A DNA stretch of 32,716 bases from Candidatus Thorarchaeota archaeon (GCA_003345595.1 PRDI01000042.1:1-32716), one strand, 5' to 3'. Positions 18,620 to 28,140 are shown, counted from the first letter of the stretch. The notes: generated by a model not told the origin, from the letters alone. A program made the numbers and translations.

Positions 18620-18985
18620 CTACTTCGTGGGGTGCTCGAGCAGGTAATCGCGAAGAGCTGCAGCGTTGTTGAGCTCGGCATTCTTGGCCGCAAAGAGGAG
18701 GGTGACAGGACCGCGCTTCAGGGCCTCACGGATGGGATCCAAAGCCTTCGGATTGGCGTCGAGCTCCTTGAAGTATCGTTCTCGGAACTCGGTCCAGAGC
18801 TCCGCCTGGTGGTGGTAGCGGCGGCGAAGCTCATCACTGGGCGCCGCCTCCTTCAGCCAGGCATCCAGCCGGGCCCGCTCCTTGCTGATCCCCCGGGGCC
18901 ACAACCGGTCCACGAGGAACCGTACGCCGTCCGTTGAGGCCGGCTCGTCGTAGATCCGTTTCAGGAGAATCGTTGGTTTCACCAT
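18620..18985 (-). CDS. DUF488/YeaO family protein
   Basis: LKRIYD....DG.RFLVDRLWPRGISKE.A.LD.WLKE.APS..LR. Confidence 0.92.
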   Translation of the reverse strand: MVKPTILLKRIYDEPASTDGVRFLVDRLWPRGISKERARLDAWLKEAAPSDELRRRYHHQAELWTEFRERYFKELDANPKALDPIREALKRGPVTLLFAAKNAELNNAAALRDYLLEHPTK

Positions 18986-19125
18986 TCCATCACCCCAGTA
19001 AAGGTGCGGTCAGTCGAGTTTCGGCCGAAACATGTCCGGGATTGCCTGACAGGCGCAGTTGGAGTTTCAGCATTTCTCGCCTTTTCTCCATTGCTGTCAA
19101 GTAAGGCGATGCGGGACTGGAGAGA

Positions 19126-19156
19126 TGGTAGGGGGTCGATTTGAACGACCCCTCTC
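19126..19156 (-). repeat. tRNA-iMet 3' fragment repeat, truncated
   Basis: tggtagggggtcgatttgaacgacccctctc. Confidence 0.85.
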
Positions 19157-19300
19157 GGCTGCCATGGTTCTGGACTCTTCTTATGGCATGCCACATCCCA
19201 TGAGAATCAGCCTGCGACTGTTTCATGAAACTGGCGCGTCATGGTCCATGGAATGAGCTTAAATCCATACATGCACATACATACACAGAGTGTGAGAGGA

Positions 19301-19537
19301 ATGGGTTACAAGACAATCTCTCTCTCAGACGAGGCTTACGAGATTCTCAAGAAAGCGAAGAGAAACAGTGAGAGCTTCAGTCAGGTCGTCATCAGACTAG
19401 CCAGTAGACGGTCACTCGATGACTTCGTTGGATGCATCTCCAAGGAGTCCATCGAGAGGATGTCTGCCGCAATAGACGCCTTCCGGAAAGGGCGAGGTGA
19501 GGTCTGGTCCGAGAGTATGGAAGAGATGATGGGATGA
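19301..19537 (+). CDS. VapB-type antitoxin (DUF217-like)
   Basis: KTISLSDEAYEILKKAK...ESFSQVV.RL; cttaaat TATA at 19258; directly upstream of a PIN gene. Confidence 0.88.
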   Translation: MGYKTISLSDEAYEILKKAKRNSESFSQVVIRLASRRSLDDFVGCISKESIERMSAAIDAFRKGRGEVWSESMEEMMG

Positions 19538-19544
19538 GGCCCCA

Positions 19545-19937
19545 ATGATAGCTGACTCATCTTTCATCATTGACCTCATGCGCGAGAGCGAACCGGCTCT
19601 GAGGAAGCTGGCAGAGATCAGAGAGAGTGGCCAGCCGCAGTATGTCACATCTCCTACAGTCATGGAACTGGCAGTCGGTGTTGCACTGGCCAGTCTGCCC
19701 AAGGATGAACAGAAGAAGGTCGGCGATATCCTAGGAGGTTTCCAAGTCCTCCCACTGGACACGGTTTCCGCATGGCGCGCAGGGATTGAAGTAGGACGAC
19801 TGCGAAAGACGGGCAAGATAGTGGATCCGATAGATGGACAGATAGCAGGAATAGCTCTTCAACATGACGAGTCCATCGTGACACGGAATGCGGGGCACTT
19901 CCAGATGTTCAAGGGCCTAAAGATCGAGCCCTATTAG
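19545..19937 (+). CDS. vapC: PIN-domain toxin (VapC family)
   Basis: IADSSFIIDL, TVMEL..G, DGQIAGIAL, IVTRN..HF. Confidence 0.92.
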   Translation: MIADSSFIIDLMRESEPALRKLAEIRESGQPQYVTSPTVMELAVGVALASLPKDEQKKVGDILGGFQVLPLDTVSAWRAGIEVGRLRKTGKIVDPIDGQIAGIALQHDESIVTRNAGHFQMFKGLKIEPY

Positions 19938-20141
19938 CTCCCCACCACGAGATGACGGGAAATGCGGTACAGTCGATAGGTTACCCCGACGCCTAGCATG
20001 TAGATGCGGGAAACGCCATCAGTCATCGTCGCAGGATTCCCGGGTCTTGTACAGGTGCCCCAATCACGTGGATTGCTGACGGTTGCACGAAGAGTGAGCA
20101 GGCACGACCGACCGCGTGCATGATTCAGGTCGGAAGGGAAC

Positions 20142-20196
20142 CGGTGGCGGGCGGTCTATCTGAACGACCGATCTCAGGGTCATGAGCCCTGCGGAT
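20142..20196 (-). repeat. tRNA-iMet 3' fragment repeat, full length
   Basis: cggtggcgggcggtctatctgaacgaccgatctcagggtcatgagccctgcggat. Confidence 0.93.
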
Positions 20197-20413
20197 GGTT
20201 CTGTGACTACATCATCGGGGCGCCCAGACCACGGACCGGGTACGACTCGAGTCCGCGATAGATTCACTGACACCTACAAGACACGAAAGCGTGTCGCAGT
20301 TATCATGTCAAAGGCAGAGAACGAGAACGGTGGCGCCAAGCGTACTTATTAAGGAGTTCCGTTTCACGGACGCCGGCTGTTCTAAATCAGAAACGCTAGG
20401 AGGAGAATTGTGT

Positions 20414-20704
20414 ATGAGGAATGAGAAACCCAGTGAAGGCTTGGAAGGCGAACTGAAACCAGCGCCGACGCCTCAAGGTCGATGCATCACCCTTACCGTA
20501 TCGGCTTGCATGTTCATCCTTGGATTGGCAGGCATAATCTACGCTGTGATGGCCCTGACGAGGTTCACATCCCCCGGCCAGATCCTCCCCGTCTTCACGA
20601 TATTGCCCGGGTCGGAACTTCCGTTTGCATTGAACGCAGTGAATGCAATCTTGCTTGTCGTGGCCTCATGTCACATCTGGAGGAGCAGGACGCCTTCGAC
20701 ATGA
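20414..20704 (+). CDS. Small membrane protein
   Basis: ggagga RBS before ATG 20414; 2 TM. Confidence 0.6.
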   Translation: MRNEKPSEGLEGELKPAPTPQGRCITLTVSACMFILGLAGIIYAVMALTRFTSPGQILPVFTILPGSELPFALNAVNAILLVVASCHIWRSRTPST

Positions 20705-20741
20705 AAGGTGTATGGCAGCATTCGTTTCTTAGCGGACCGGA

Positions 20742-20960
20742 TTGAGGATTTGTGTGAGCAAAGAGTACATGTACACCCGAGCGTACCGGCTGTACCGCGA
20801 GGAAGATCCTCATGGTGCAGAAAAGGCATATCGTAGGGCTGTAGAACTTGACTCACATCTTGTGTTCGGTGCAAGTAGGAAGTTCGAAGATCTCAAACAA
20901 TGGCTAGTCGATATCACTGGTGAGGGACAGAACACTGAGAGCGCGGCAGACGATGTATGA
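20742..20960 (+). pseudogene. TPR gene remnant or single-TPR small protein
   Basis: AEKAYRRAVELDS resembles the TPR cassettes. Confidence 0.45.
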
Positions 20961-20981
20961 GGCACAATACAGGAAGAGAAA

Positions 20982-21036
20982 TGGTGGCGGCGGTCGATCT
21001 GAACGACCGATCTCAGGGTCATAAGCCCTGCGGGAT
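20982..21036 (-). repeat. tRNA-iMet 3' fragment repeat, full length
   Basis: tggtggcggcggtcgatctgaacgaccgatctcagggtcataagccctgcgggat. Confidence 0.95.
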
Positions 21037-21056
21037 TCTATGTTCTAAAGAGGCGT

Positions 21057-21824
21057 CTATACAGGATTCTGTGTTGGTTCCGCAGTCCCAAGACCCTTGG
21101 GTCTGAAGTAGTACATGACAAAGCCATTTGCGAGCGCACCTATGGCGGAAACAGCCAATAGATTCCTGCTTGACAATCCAGCCAGAGCAATGTGGTCCGG
21201 GATCTCTATGTAACCCAAGTACTCTAGGAGAATCACATATGCCGTCCGCTGTGCGAACGCCCACAAGAGGATAGTCAGGATTAGCAGGAGCGAAGACACC
21301 CTGACCATTGTGTGATGGCTGCCCATCCCAGCTCGAAGGCATGTCGCGATTCCGATGAGGAATGCGCCTGCCACAAATGATGTACTTGTGAGTAGGTCGA
21401 CAGCGTAATCAACGGTGTCTTCTGGGAATACAGAAAGCAGGCCATATGAAGCATACATGACTCCCACCCACATTAAGAAGACAACTACTATCATAGCAGT
21501 CCCTAGCAGGGCAGATAGGCTGTCCACCGAGTTTCGGTTGACGTTTGCTTGGGGCCCCTCAACACCGGCACTAGGAGTTTCGGTATTCGGGCTTCTTGGC
21601 ATTGGGACCGAAGGCGACTGCGTAGACCCCCAGTCTGGACGAATCTCGCCCAGTGTGATGCAGAAGCCCAAGAGAAACAGACCAATGAACAACGCTTGGA
21701 GAGCAATCACTCCGTCTACGCTGGCCCCATAACCAAATAGTGTTGAAGAGAGAAGTTCGCCAAGTGCACCTGCGATGAGTGCAGTCAAAGCAAGGAACAC
21801 CCGCGGCTTTGTTCTCTTGCTCAT
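21057..21824 (-). CDS. Multi-pass membrane protein, cassette family A (2 of 3)
   Basis: Paralog of 5718-6437 and 23237-23953; gggagg RBS. Confidence 0.82.
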   Translation of the reverse strand: MSKRTKPRVFLALTALIAGALGELLSSTLFGYGASVDGVIALQALFIGLFLLGFCITLGEIRPDWGSTQSPSVPMPRSPNTETPSAGVEGPQANVNRNSVDSLSALLGTAMIVVVFLMWVGVMYASYGLLSVFPEDTVDYAVDLLTSTSFVAGAFLIGIATCLRAGMGSHHTMVRVSSLLLILTILLWAFAQRTAYVILLEYLGYIEIPDHIALAGLSSRNLLAVSAIGALANGFVMYYFRPKGLGTAEPTQNPV

Positions 21825-22007
21825 GTCTTGTGTCCTCCCTCACGTCCAGTTTTCAAGCACGGGTCGGTATGCAGGCGTCCTGCCTTTTCTGTACTACTGT
21901 TCAATCAGGACCGGCACAGCAGCCGCCCCGACCACACTGCAGTGTTGGCTCAAACGTACTCGCACCCTGAATCACGGTGAGTCGCAGCAAAGCTGGAAGA
22001 TGAGAAG

Positions 22008-22046
22008 TGGAAGCGGAGGGTCGATCTGAACGACCGGTTTCAGGGT
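22008..22046 (-). repeat. tRNA-iMet 3' fragment repeat, truncated at anticodon loop
   Basis: tggaagcggagggtcgatctgaacgaccggtttcagggt. Confidence 0.9.
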
Positions 22047-22064
22047 TTTCCGAGCTTCTGTACA

Positions 22065-23057
22065 TCATTCTTCTATGGTTATCCGATGCGTTCTGAGAGC
22101 CTTGGGCCAATCAGCTCTGGGAGGTGCCTGTCTTGCGACAAGCTGTGATCCACTGGCATAGAGCTTCAAGAGACTGAAACTCTGGAACAGAGGAGAGATG
22201 TCTATTCTTCCGATGTCGTTCAGACTAATAGTTTCCAATCCGGGTATTGATGCCAGAGGGAGGAGGTTCAGGTCCTCCAGCTTGTTGTCACCCACGACTA
22301 GTGCGCGCAGTTCTTTGCACTGACTAAGAGGGCCCAAATCCAAGTATTGCAGGCGATTGCTGCCCAGACCGAGTGTCTCCAGTTTCGGACATGACCTGAG
22401 CGGGCTTAGGTCGATTGATCCAAGGCTATTGCCACTGAGGTCCAGGTATTCAAGAGCAGACAGCGCAGCGAGCGGGCTCAGGTCAATACTCCTGATTCTA
22501 TTCGAGTGCAATACTATCTCTTTCAGATTCATGAAACTCCTTAGTGGGGAAAGGTCAACCTCCCTCAGTTCGTTTGTATGCAGAACAAGCTCCTCGATTC
22601 CCGAGCAGGTGGCCAATGGCCGCAAGTCTATGGACTCCAGTTGGTTAAAGCTCAGGTCAACTTTCCTGAGCTGGATGTTGCCGCTCAGTGGGGACAGGTC
22701 GATACTGGTGAGCCTGCTATTCGAAGCAGTAAACTCTTCAATACCCGGTTCAATTGATAGATGCTCGAAGTCTGTCTGGCTCATTCTCCTGCTCGACAAA
22801 TCAAGCCTTGGCACGTATGTTGCAGCATCATGGTGTTTCTTCTTGTACATGAGCCATTTCAGGTCTAGATACATAATACCAAACCCGCATGACCCCCACG
22901 TTCCGATAAGAACCGCGAAAGTTAGGAGTATACCATCGGCAAGGCCTGAACCTACGTTGGACCAGAACCACCATCCGGCCAGTACTGACGGAATCAGCGA
23001 TAGAAGAGCCACGAAGGCGTCTCTCAAACTCCTGCCACCCGACGTCAAAGGTTTCAT
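22065..23057 (-). CDS. Membrane-anchored leucine-rich repeat protein
   Basis: 2 N-terminal TM, then ~24-aa LRRs of form L..L.L..N.L..IDLSPL. Confidence 0.92.
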   Translation of the reverse strand: MKPLTSGGRSLRDAFVALLSLIPSVLAGWWFWSNVGSGLADGILLTFAVLIGTWGSCGFGIMYLDLKWLMYKKKHHDAATYVPRLDLSSRRMSQTDFEHLSIEPGIEEFTASNSRLTSIDLSPLSGNIQLRKVDLSFNQLESIDLRPLATCSGIEELVLHTNELREVDLSPLRSFMNLKEIVLHSNRIRSIDLSPLAALSALEYLDLSGNSLGSIDLSPLRSCPKLETLGLGSNRLQYLDLGPLSQCKELRALVVGDNKLEDLNLLPLASIPGLETISLNDIGRIDISPLFQSFSLLKLYASGSQLVARQAPPRADWPKALRTHRITIEE

Positions 23058-23160
23058 TGTTCTGATGTGTTGCGCAGATATTAGCCTACCGACAGTCTGT
23101 GAATGAACTGAGTATGAACCTCACTGATTCTGGTGGCTCGAACGGACTCCTTGGTATGAG

Positions 23161-23216
23161 CGGTAGCGGGCGGTCGATCTGAACAACCGATCTCAGGGTC
23201 ATGAGCCGCGCGGGAT
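23161..23216 (-). repeat. tRNA-iMet 3' fragment repeat, full length
   Basis: cggtagcgggcggtcgatctgaacaaccgatctcagggtcatgagccgcgcgggat. Confidence 0.95.
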
Positions 23217-23236
23217 GGTATAATCTGGCCAGTAGT

Positions 23237-23953
23237 CTATGCCTGCTTCTGTGCGGGCTCCACAGTCCTAAGACCCTTAGGTCTAGAAAAGTAGATGACA
23301 AGACCCAATTCGAGCAGGCCTAAGGAGGCATAAGCCAATAGAGCCTCGCTTGACAATTGGGCCAGCGCAACGTAGCCCGAGGCCGCTAGGTCCCCTACGA
23401 GAGTCAGATACGCAAACCGCTGAGCGGCCACCCACAAGACGTTGGTCACGACCAGCACGAAAGAACAGAAGTTGACTATTGCATGATTATGGCTGATTAT
23501 CCCCATCCGAAGGATTGGAGTAGACACGGCACAGTAAAAACCTGTCACGAGTGACGAAACCTCGAGCAGGAAGATAGTGCTATCTGGCTCCGCCGAGAAT
23601 AGCAGGATGTAGAGCAATCCTCCTACAAGAATCGTAAAGAACCATATACGATCCAACACTTTTTGGTCGAGCCGTGTTTGGAGTTCCTCGGCACTGGCAC
23701 CGGGGGTTTCAGTGCTCACGTTCTCTGGCACTGGGACAGAGGGTGACTGCGCAAGCCGTCTTTTGCGAAGAATCTCTCCCGACGCAATGTAGAGGCCCAA
23801 CAGGATCAGGCCAAAGAACGAGATCTGAAGGACAATCACTCCGTCCACGCCGACTCCGTAGAGGAATAAATCCGGCGAAAGGAGTTCGCCAAGTGCGCCT
23901 GCAGCCAGTGTAGCCGCGGCGAGGCGCAGTCGTGACCCTGCTGATTCAATCAT
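23237..23953 (-). CDS. Multi-pass membrane protein, cassette family A (3 of 3)
   Basis: Paralog of 5718-6437 and 21057-21824 (shared YF.RPKGL.T.EP tail with the latter). Confidence 0.82.
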   Translation of the reverse strand: MIESAGSRLRLAAATLAAGALGELLSPDLFLYGVGVDGVIVLQISFFGLILLGLYIASGEILRKRRLAQSPSVPVPENVSTETPGASAEELQTRLDQKVLDRIWFFTILVGGLLYILLFSAEPDSTIFLLEVSSLVTGFYCAVSTPILRMGIISHNHAIVNFCSFVLVVTNVLWVAAQRFAYLTLVGDLAASGYVALAQLSSEALLAYASLGLLELGLVIYFSRPKGLRTVEPAQKQA

Positions 23954-24132
23954 GCTTCCTACCCTCCGTCATGTCCGGTTTTCGAGCACCTGTCAGTGCG
24001 TAGGTGCCATGCCTTTTCTCCATTATTGTTCAGAGAGAATCGTGACGGCAACTGCGCCCATGATATCACACATTCGGTTGACATAGTCTGCACCCTAGAC
24101 CACCGCGATCGCAGCGAAGCAGCAGAAGGAAC

Positions 24133-24188
24133 TGGTAGCGGGGGGTCGATCTGAACGACCGATCTCAGGGTCATTAGCCCTGCGGGAT
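24133..24188 (-). repeat. tRNA-iMet 3' fragment repeat, full length
   Basis: tggtagcggggggtcgatctgaacgaccgatctcagggtcattagccctgcgggat. Confidence 0.95.
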
Positions 24189-24413
24189 TGTATGAGAAGA
24201 TAAGGCCATCATTCGAATTGTTCGCATCGAGTTGAGGGGGTTTCTCAAGAGCACATTGGCGGGGACGCTGAGAAGGGTGCGGGGGCAGGAATCTGGTTCT
24301 CGGTGAAAGATGGTCTCTCAATGTTCGGGTGCCTCTGCCATTCCGAGGTCAAGCAACAGAAATAGGCATTCATATTACTGAACCGGCAATCCAGTGAGCG
24401 TTATCAACGCAAC

Positions 24414-24692
24414 TTGGAGGGTAATTCCTTGCCGGAAGACGCGATAATTGTCAAGAGCGATAGAGAAACAGCATCTCTCAGCTGGGACCACTATGTTCAT
24501 CTGCTCGGGTGGGCACTTGTATCTCTAGTGGCCTACTCGTTATGGGGAATTCTGGCCAGCTTCATCTCAATCTGGATCTCAGATTACTGGCTTTTGGGCT
24601 TCTTGAGCTCATTTGGTTTTATCATATTCTGTGCAGAAATCATTGTGCTGCTACTTGTAGCTATTGAATGCCTACAAGCAAGCTCAAGATGA
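24414..24692 (+). CDS. Small membrane protein
   Basis: 92 aa, 2 TM, only plausible gene in its interval; start uncertain. Confidence 0.55.
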   Translation: MEGNSLPEDAIIVKSDRETASLSWDHYVHLLGWALVSLVAYSLWGILASFISIWISDYWLLGFLSSFGFIIFCAEIIVLLLVAIECLQASSR

Positions 24693-24717
24693 CAACAAAG
24701 CAGGAATTGGAAGAAGA

Positions 24718-24752
24718 TGGTGGCGGGGGTCGATCTGAACGACCGATCTCAG
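24718..24752 (-). repeat. tRNA-iMet 3' fragment repeat, truncated
   Basis: tggtggcgggggtcgatctgaacgaccgatctcag. Confidence 0.93.
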
Positions 24753-24837
24753 CGGTCCTCCTTTGATATGACAAAACCTATTTTCGGAAAGGACAGCATA
24801 CAGATGGTAACCACACTATGTGTGAAGCGTGGAGGAA

Positions 24838-26511
24838 ATGTCGAGTTTCATCATAAAGGGAATGAGGACGTTTCTGCTGCTCGCCCTAGTCGTCATGCTC
24901 CAATTCTCAAGTGGCAATCTGGTCCCCCAAACCATTCAAACATCGAGCGTTGGAGCAGCAGAACTGGGATACCTACATCACGATCCGATATCAATCATGG
25001 AGAATCAGGACTTCCTATCTCAAGGATGGCCCGGCAACGGAACAATAGATGAACCATATCTATTGGAGAATCTTGAGATGGACTGCGATGATGAAACTGG
25101 CATCTTCGTAGCGAACACCACAGTCTTCTTCGAAATCAGCAGCTGCAGGTTTACTGCGACTGATGGGGGTCAGGGACTATGGCTTATTAACGTAACAAAC
25201 GGTGAAGTCATGAATTGCATATCTGAACGCTGCCATTGGGATGTCTGGAACTCTTCGCAGTGCAGAATAGAGTCAACTGATGCATCGAATCATGCAGACC
25301 TCACACTATGGGGGTGCACCAACTGCTCAGCTGTTGGCAACAGCTATACCGGGGGTGGCCTGATTTATGATACTTGCACGGACTGCAAGTTTATCGGAAA
25401 CACTGTAATAGGAAGTGGAGCCGAGGGAATCTATCTCATCAGAGCCGCCAACTGCTCAGTAATAGAGAACGAATTCGCAGAAAACGACGTAGGCATAGGT
25501 CTACTGGGATCAAATGGCACTCTGATTAGCCACAACAACATACATGATAATGTGCACTATGGAGTTGAGCTCTACTCCTGCGGAAGCACTAGATTGATCG
25601 AGAACTCATTCAAGAATGATGGAGTCGTCCTGCACTACTGGGGCTGGGGGTGGGACGGTCATGCAATCTCTGGGCAGGATTTCGTGAATGTTAATCACGT
25701 CTTTCAGGACAATGTCGTCAATGGAAAGCCGCTAGGCTTCTTTAAGAATGTGTGTGGAGATGCAATTGACGGAAGCCCATACGGGCAAGTCATTCTGGTG
25801 AACTGTAGCAGCCTAACTATTGACCATGGGGTAATCGCCAATACGTCCATTGGCGTTCAGATTCTCTTCAGTGACAACTGCACTGTGACGCACATGACTA
25901 TGGCTAATTGCAGTGTATCTGGGGTAGTGGTTGAGGAATCGAACTACACTAGTGTGTTGGATTGTATCGTTTCCAATAATGTGGACGATGGTATAATGTT
26001 TGAGCGCTCCTTCGACGCTCTAATTGCCAATTGCTCAGTATCTGGAAACCGCGCGGGCCTAAGGCTATTGTTTTCAGGGCGCTCTACTACCCTCAACAAT
26101 ACTCTGACCCTGAACACATGGGGAGCTGAGTTCTACTCCACCTCAGACTCTATGTTCGTGAACAATACAGTTCTGTACAATAAGGGTGGAGTACATCTAG
26201 CCGACGACTGCGACAATAACGTGATCTATGGTAACTCAATAGGATGGAACGAATGGTGCAATGCCCAGAGCGACAACTACGACAATCAATGGGATGACGG
26301 GATAAGCAGAGGTAATAGGTGGAGTGACTATGATGGCTCTGGCGTCTACGAAATCAATCATATAGAGGTGGACCGATTCCCTGAACTGCTGGGGGAACGT
26401 CTCCCGTCCATCGATTTGGGCCTGATTAGCATTGGCGTGTTTGCGGGGGTCATAATCGTGGCTGCTATTGTTCATGTAGGCAGGTCACGCAGAATCTCCC
26501 ATGAAGTGTGA
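24838..26511 (+). CDS. NosD/CASH-like right-handed beta-helix surface protein
   Basis: Signal peptide, GWPGNGT..EPY..ENL, PbH1-like repeats, N.WDDG..GN.WSDY.G.G.Y, C-terminal TM; ggagga RBS. Confidence 0.9.
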   Translation: MSSFIIKGMRTFLLLALVVMLQFSSGNLVPQTIQTSSVGAAELGYLHHDPISIMENQDFLSQGWPGNGTIDEPYLLENLEMDCDDETGIFVANTTVFFEISSCRFTATDGGQGLWLINVTNGEVMNCISERCHWDVWNSSQCRIESTDASNHADLTLWGCTNCSAVGNSYTGGGLIYDTCTDCKFIGNTVIGSGAEGIYLIRAANCSVIENEFAENDVGIGLLGSNGTLISHNNIHDNVHYGVELYSCGSTRLIENSFKNDGVVLHYWGWGWDGHAISGQDFVNVNHVFQDNVVNGKPLGFFKNVCGDAIDGSPYGQVILVNCSSLTIDHGVIANTSIGVQILFSDNCTVTHMTMANCSVSGVVVEESNYTSVLDCIVSNNVDDGIMFERSFDALIANCSVSGNRAGLRLLFSGRSTTLNNTLTLNTWGAEFYSTSDSMFVNNTVLYNKGGVHLADDCDNNVIYGNSIGWNEWCNAQSDNYDNQWDDGISRGNRWSDYDGSGVYEINHIEVDRFPELLGERLPSIDLGLISIGVFAGVIIVAAIVHVGRSRRISHEV

Positions 26512-26545
26512 TTCGACTTCATTCTGCGATTCAATTGCGCTCTGC

Positions 26546-26615
26546 TCTATGCGTGTGGTTGCTGTGGAGCCACCGCAACTATCACGGTCGTCGACAAGAG
26601 CAAACAGAGAGGAAG
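26546..26615 (+). pseudogene. 3' remnant of the Zn-ribbon membrane protein gene
   Basis: ctatgcgtgtggttgctgtggagccacc...gacaagagcaaacagagaggaag aligns with ~1629-1697 and ~28653-28721. Confidence 0.75.
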
Positions 26616-26696
26616 TGGTAGCGGGGGTCGATTTGAACGACCGGTTTCGGGGCTCTACTCTCCAGCTCCGATTGAGCTCGGGAACTGAGCCCTGCG
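26616..26696 (-). repeat. tRNA-iMet 3' fragment repeat split by a ~33-bp insert in the anticodon loop
   Basis: First half 26616-26652, insert 26653-26685, then tgagccctgcg 26686-26696. Confidence 0.88.
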
Positions 26697-26832
26697 ACAC
26701 GCAATGAGTGGGAATAGCACAGCTGTCACTGACGCGAGCCGCGTGCGTCTGCGTCAAAGGCATCGAAGATACGTCATCACACAACTGAGGGGCAACTTTC
26801 ATATCATGGAAAGCCCTCTGCTGAGTTCAGGA

Positions 26833-27912
26833 ATGAGGGATTCATTGGGCGTCATTCAGTCTCTTATGTTGGCTGGGCAGGAGTGCTTTGCACAAGGGAT
26901 GTTCAGAGAAGCAGAGGCTGCATACCGCCGTGTGACAGAGCTGGACCCCGCACATGCAGGAGCGTGGTCCAATCTCGGCACCATCCTTGGCCTTCAGAAC
27001 AGACCCATAGAGGCGGAGGCTGCATGCCGCCGTGCAACGGAGCTGAACCCCACAGACGCGGTGGCATGGTACAACCTTGGGACGGCATTAGGCCATCAGA
27101 ACAGATACCCGGAGGCCGAGGTTGCATCCCGCCGTGCTGTAGAGCTGAACCCCACGCACACAGGAGCATTGTTCAATCTGGGGACTTCCCTTGAACGCCA
27201 GAAGAGATACCCAGACGCCGAAACTGCCTGTCGCCGTGCGACCGAACTGAACCCCAAGTATGCAGAAGCATGGGCAGAACTCGGAACCGTTCTCTTCGAA
27301 CAGCACAAATTCCCTAGCGCCGAAGCTGCATTTCGCTGCGCAATCGAGCTCGACCCCACAGATGCAGATTCATGGTATAATCTCAGCACCCTCCTTAGTC
27401 GTCAGAGCAGACACCGAGAGGCTGAGGCTGCGGCTCGCCGCGCGACAGAGCTCAATCCCACACATGCAGGATCATGGTTCAGTCTCGGAGTCGCGCTTGG
27501 CGGTCAGAATAGAATCCCCGAAACCGAGGTTCCGTACCGCCGCGCAATTGAGCATGATCCCAAGTTGCCATTGGCATGGACCGGTCTCGGAAACGCTCTC
27601 GCCTTTCAGAATAGAATCTCTGAGGCCGAGGCTGCGTACCGCCGCGCAATCGAGATTGACCCCAGATTGACGGTGGCGTGGACTGGTCTCGGTAATTCGC
27701 TCTCCGACCAGAAGAGGCACTCGGAGGCTGAAACGGCGTTTCGTCGTGCGACCGAGCTAGACCCCCGTCATCCATTGGGCTGGTTAGGTCTAGGGGGCGC
27801 GCTGTTCTATCAGAATAGACGCTCGGAGGCAGAAGCTGCGTTCCGCCGCACAACAGATTTGGAACCTAGGCTGCGCGGGGTGGTTGAACGTTTCATGCGG
27901 ACGCCCAAGTAA
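26833..27912 (+). CDS. Tetratricopeptide repeat protein (1 of 2)
   Basis: About ten 34-aa repeats AW.NLG..L..Q.R..EAEAA.RRA.EL.P; start 26833 gives 1080 bp, the same as the paralog; tttcatat box at 26797. Confidence 0.93.
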   Translation: MRDSLGVIQSLMLAGQECFAQGMFREAEAAYRRVTELDPAHAGAWSNLGTILGLQNRPIEAEAACRRATELNPTDAVAWYNLGTALGHQNRYPEAEVASRRAVELNPTHTGALFNLGTSLERQKRYPDAETACRRATELNPKYAEAWAELGTVLFEQHKFPSAEAAFRCAIELDPTDADSWYNLSTLLSRQSRHREAEAAARRATELNPTHAGSWFSLGVALGGQNRIPETEVPYRRAIEHDPKLPLAWTGLGNALAFQNRISEAEAAYRRAIEIDPRLTVAWTGLGNSLSDQKRHSEAETAFRRATELDPRHPLGWLGLGGALFYQNRRSEAEAAFRRTTDLEPRLRGVVERFMRTPK

Positions 27913-28085
27913 GCAGTAAAGTCAGGCCAGTTCTATCTCTTCTGTGTATGAGAAAGCACACTGGTTTCTAGTAGTCCAGAAGTTGTGTCAAAAGGCCGTG
28001 GCGTACTATGGGGAGGTACTATGATTGGCGTTTGACATGACGTTGAATCCAATGGCCTGAATCTGCTGAACTCAGAAGACGAAGA

Positions 28086-28140
28086 TTGTAGGGGGGGTCG
28101 ATTTGAACGACCGATCTCAGGGTCATGAGCCTTGCGGGAT
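28086..28140 (-). repeat. tRNA-iMet 3' fragment repeat, full length
   Basis: ttgtagggggggtcgatttgaacgaccgatctcagggtcatgagccttgcgggat. Confidence 0.95.

Noticed and set aside
20810-21022. Recurring small ORFs containing MTLRSVVQIDR (also 5459, 7202, the 14447 start and others)
   Set aside because: These are translations of the repeat on the minus strand (ATG from the CAT-GA loop) with unrelated downstream frames; not a protein family.
24133-24215. Intact tRNA-Met gene at any copy
   Set aside because: No copy has the 5' acceptor strand or a D-loop; similarity stops at the D-stem 3' strand.
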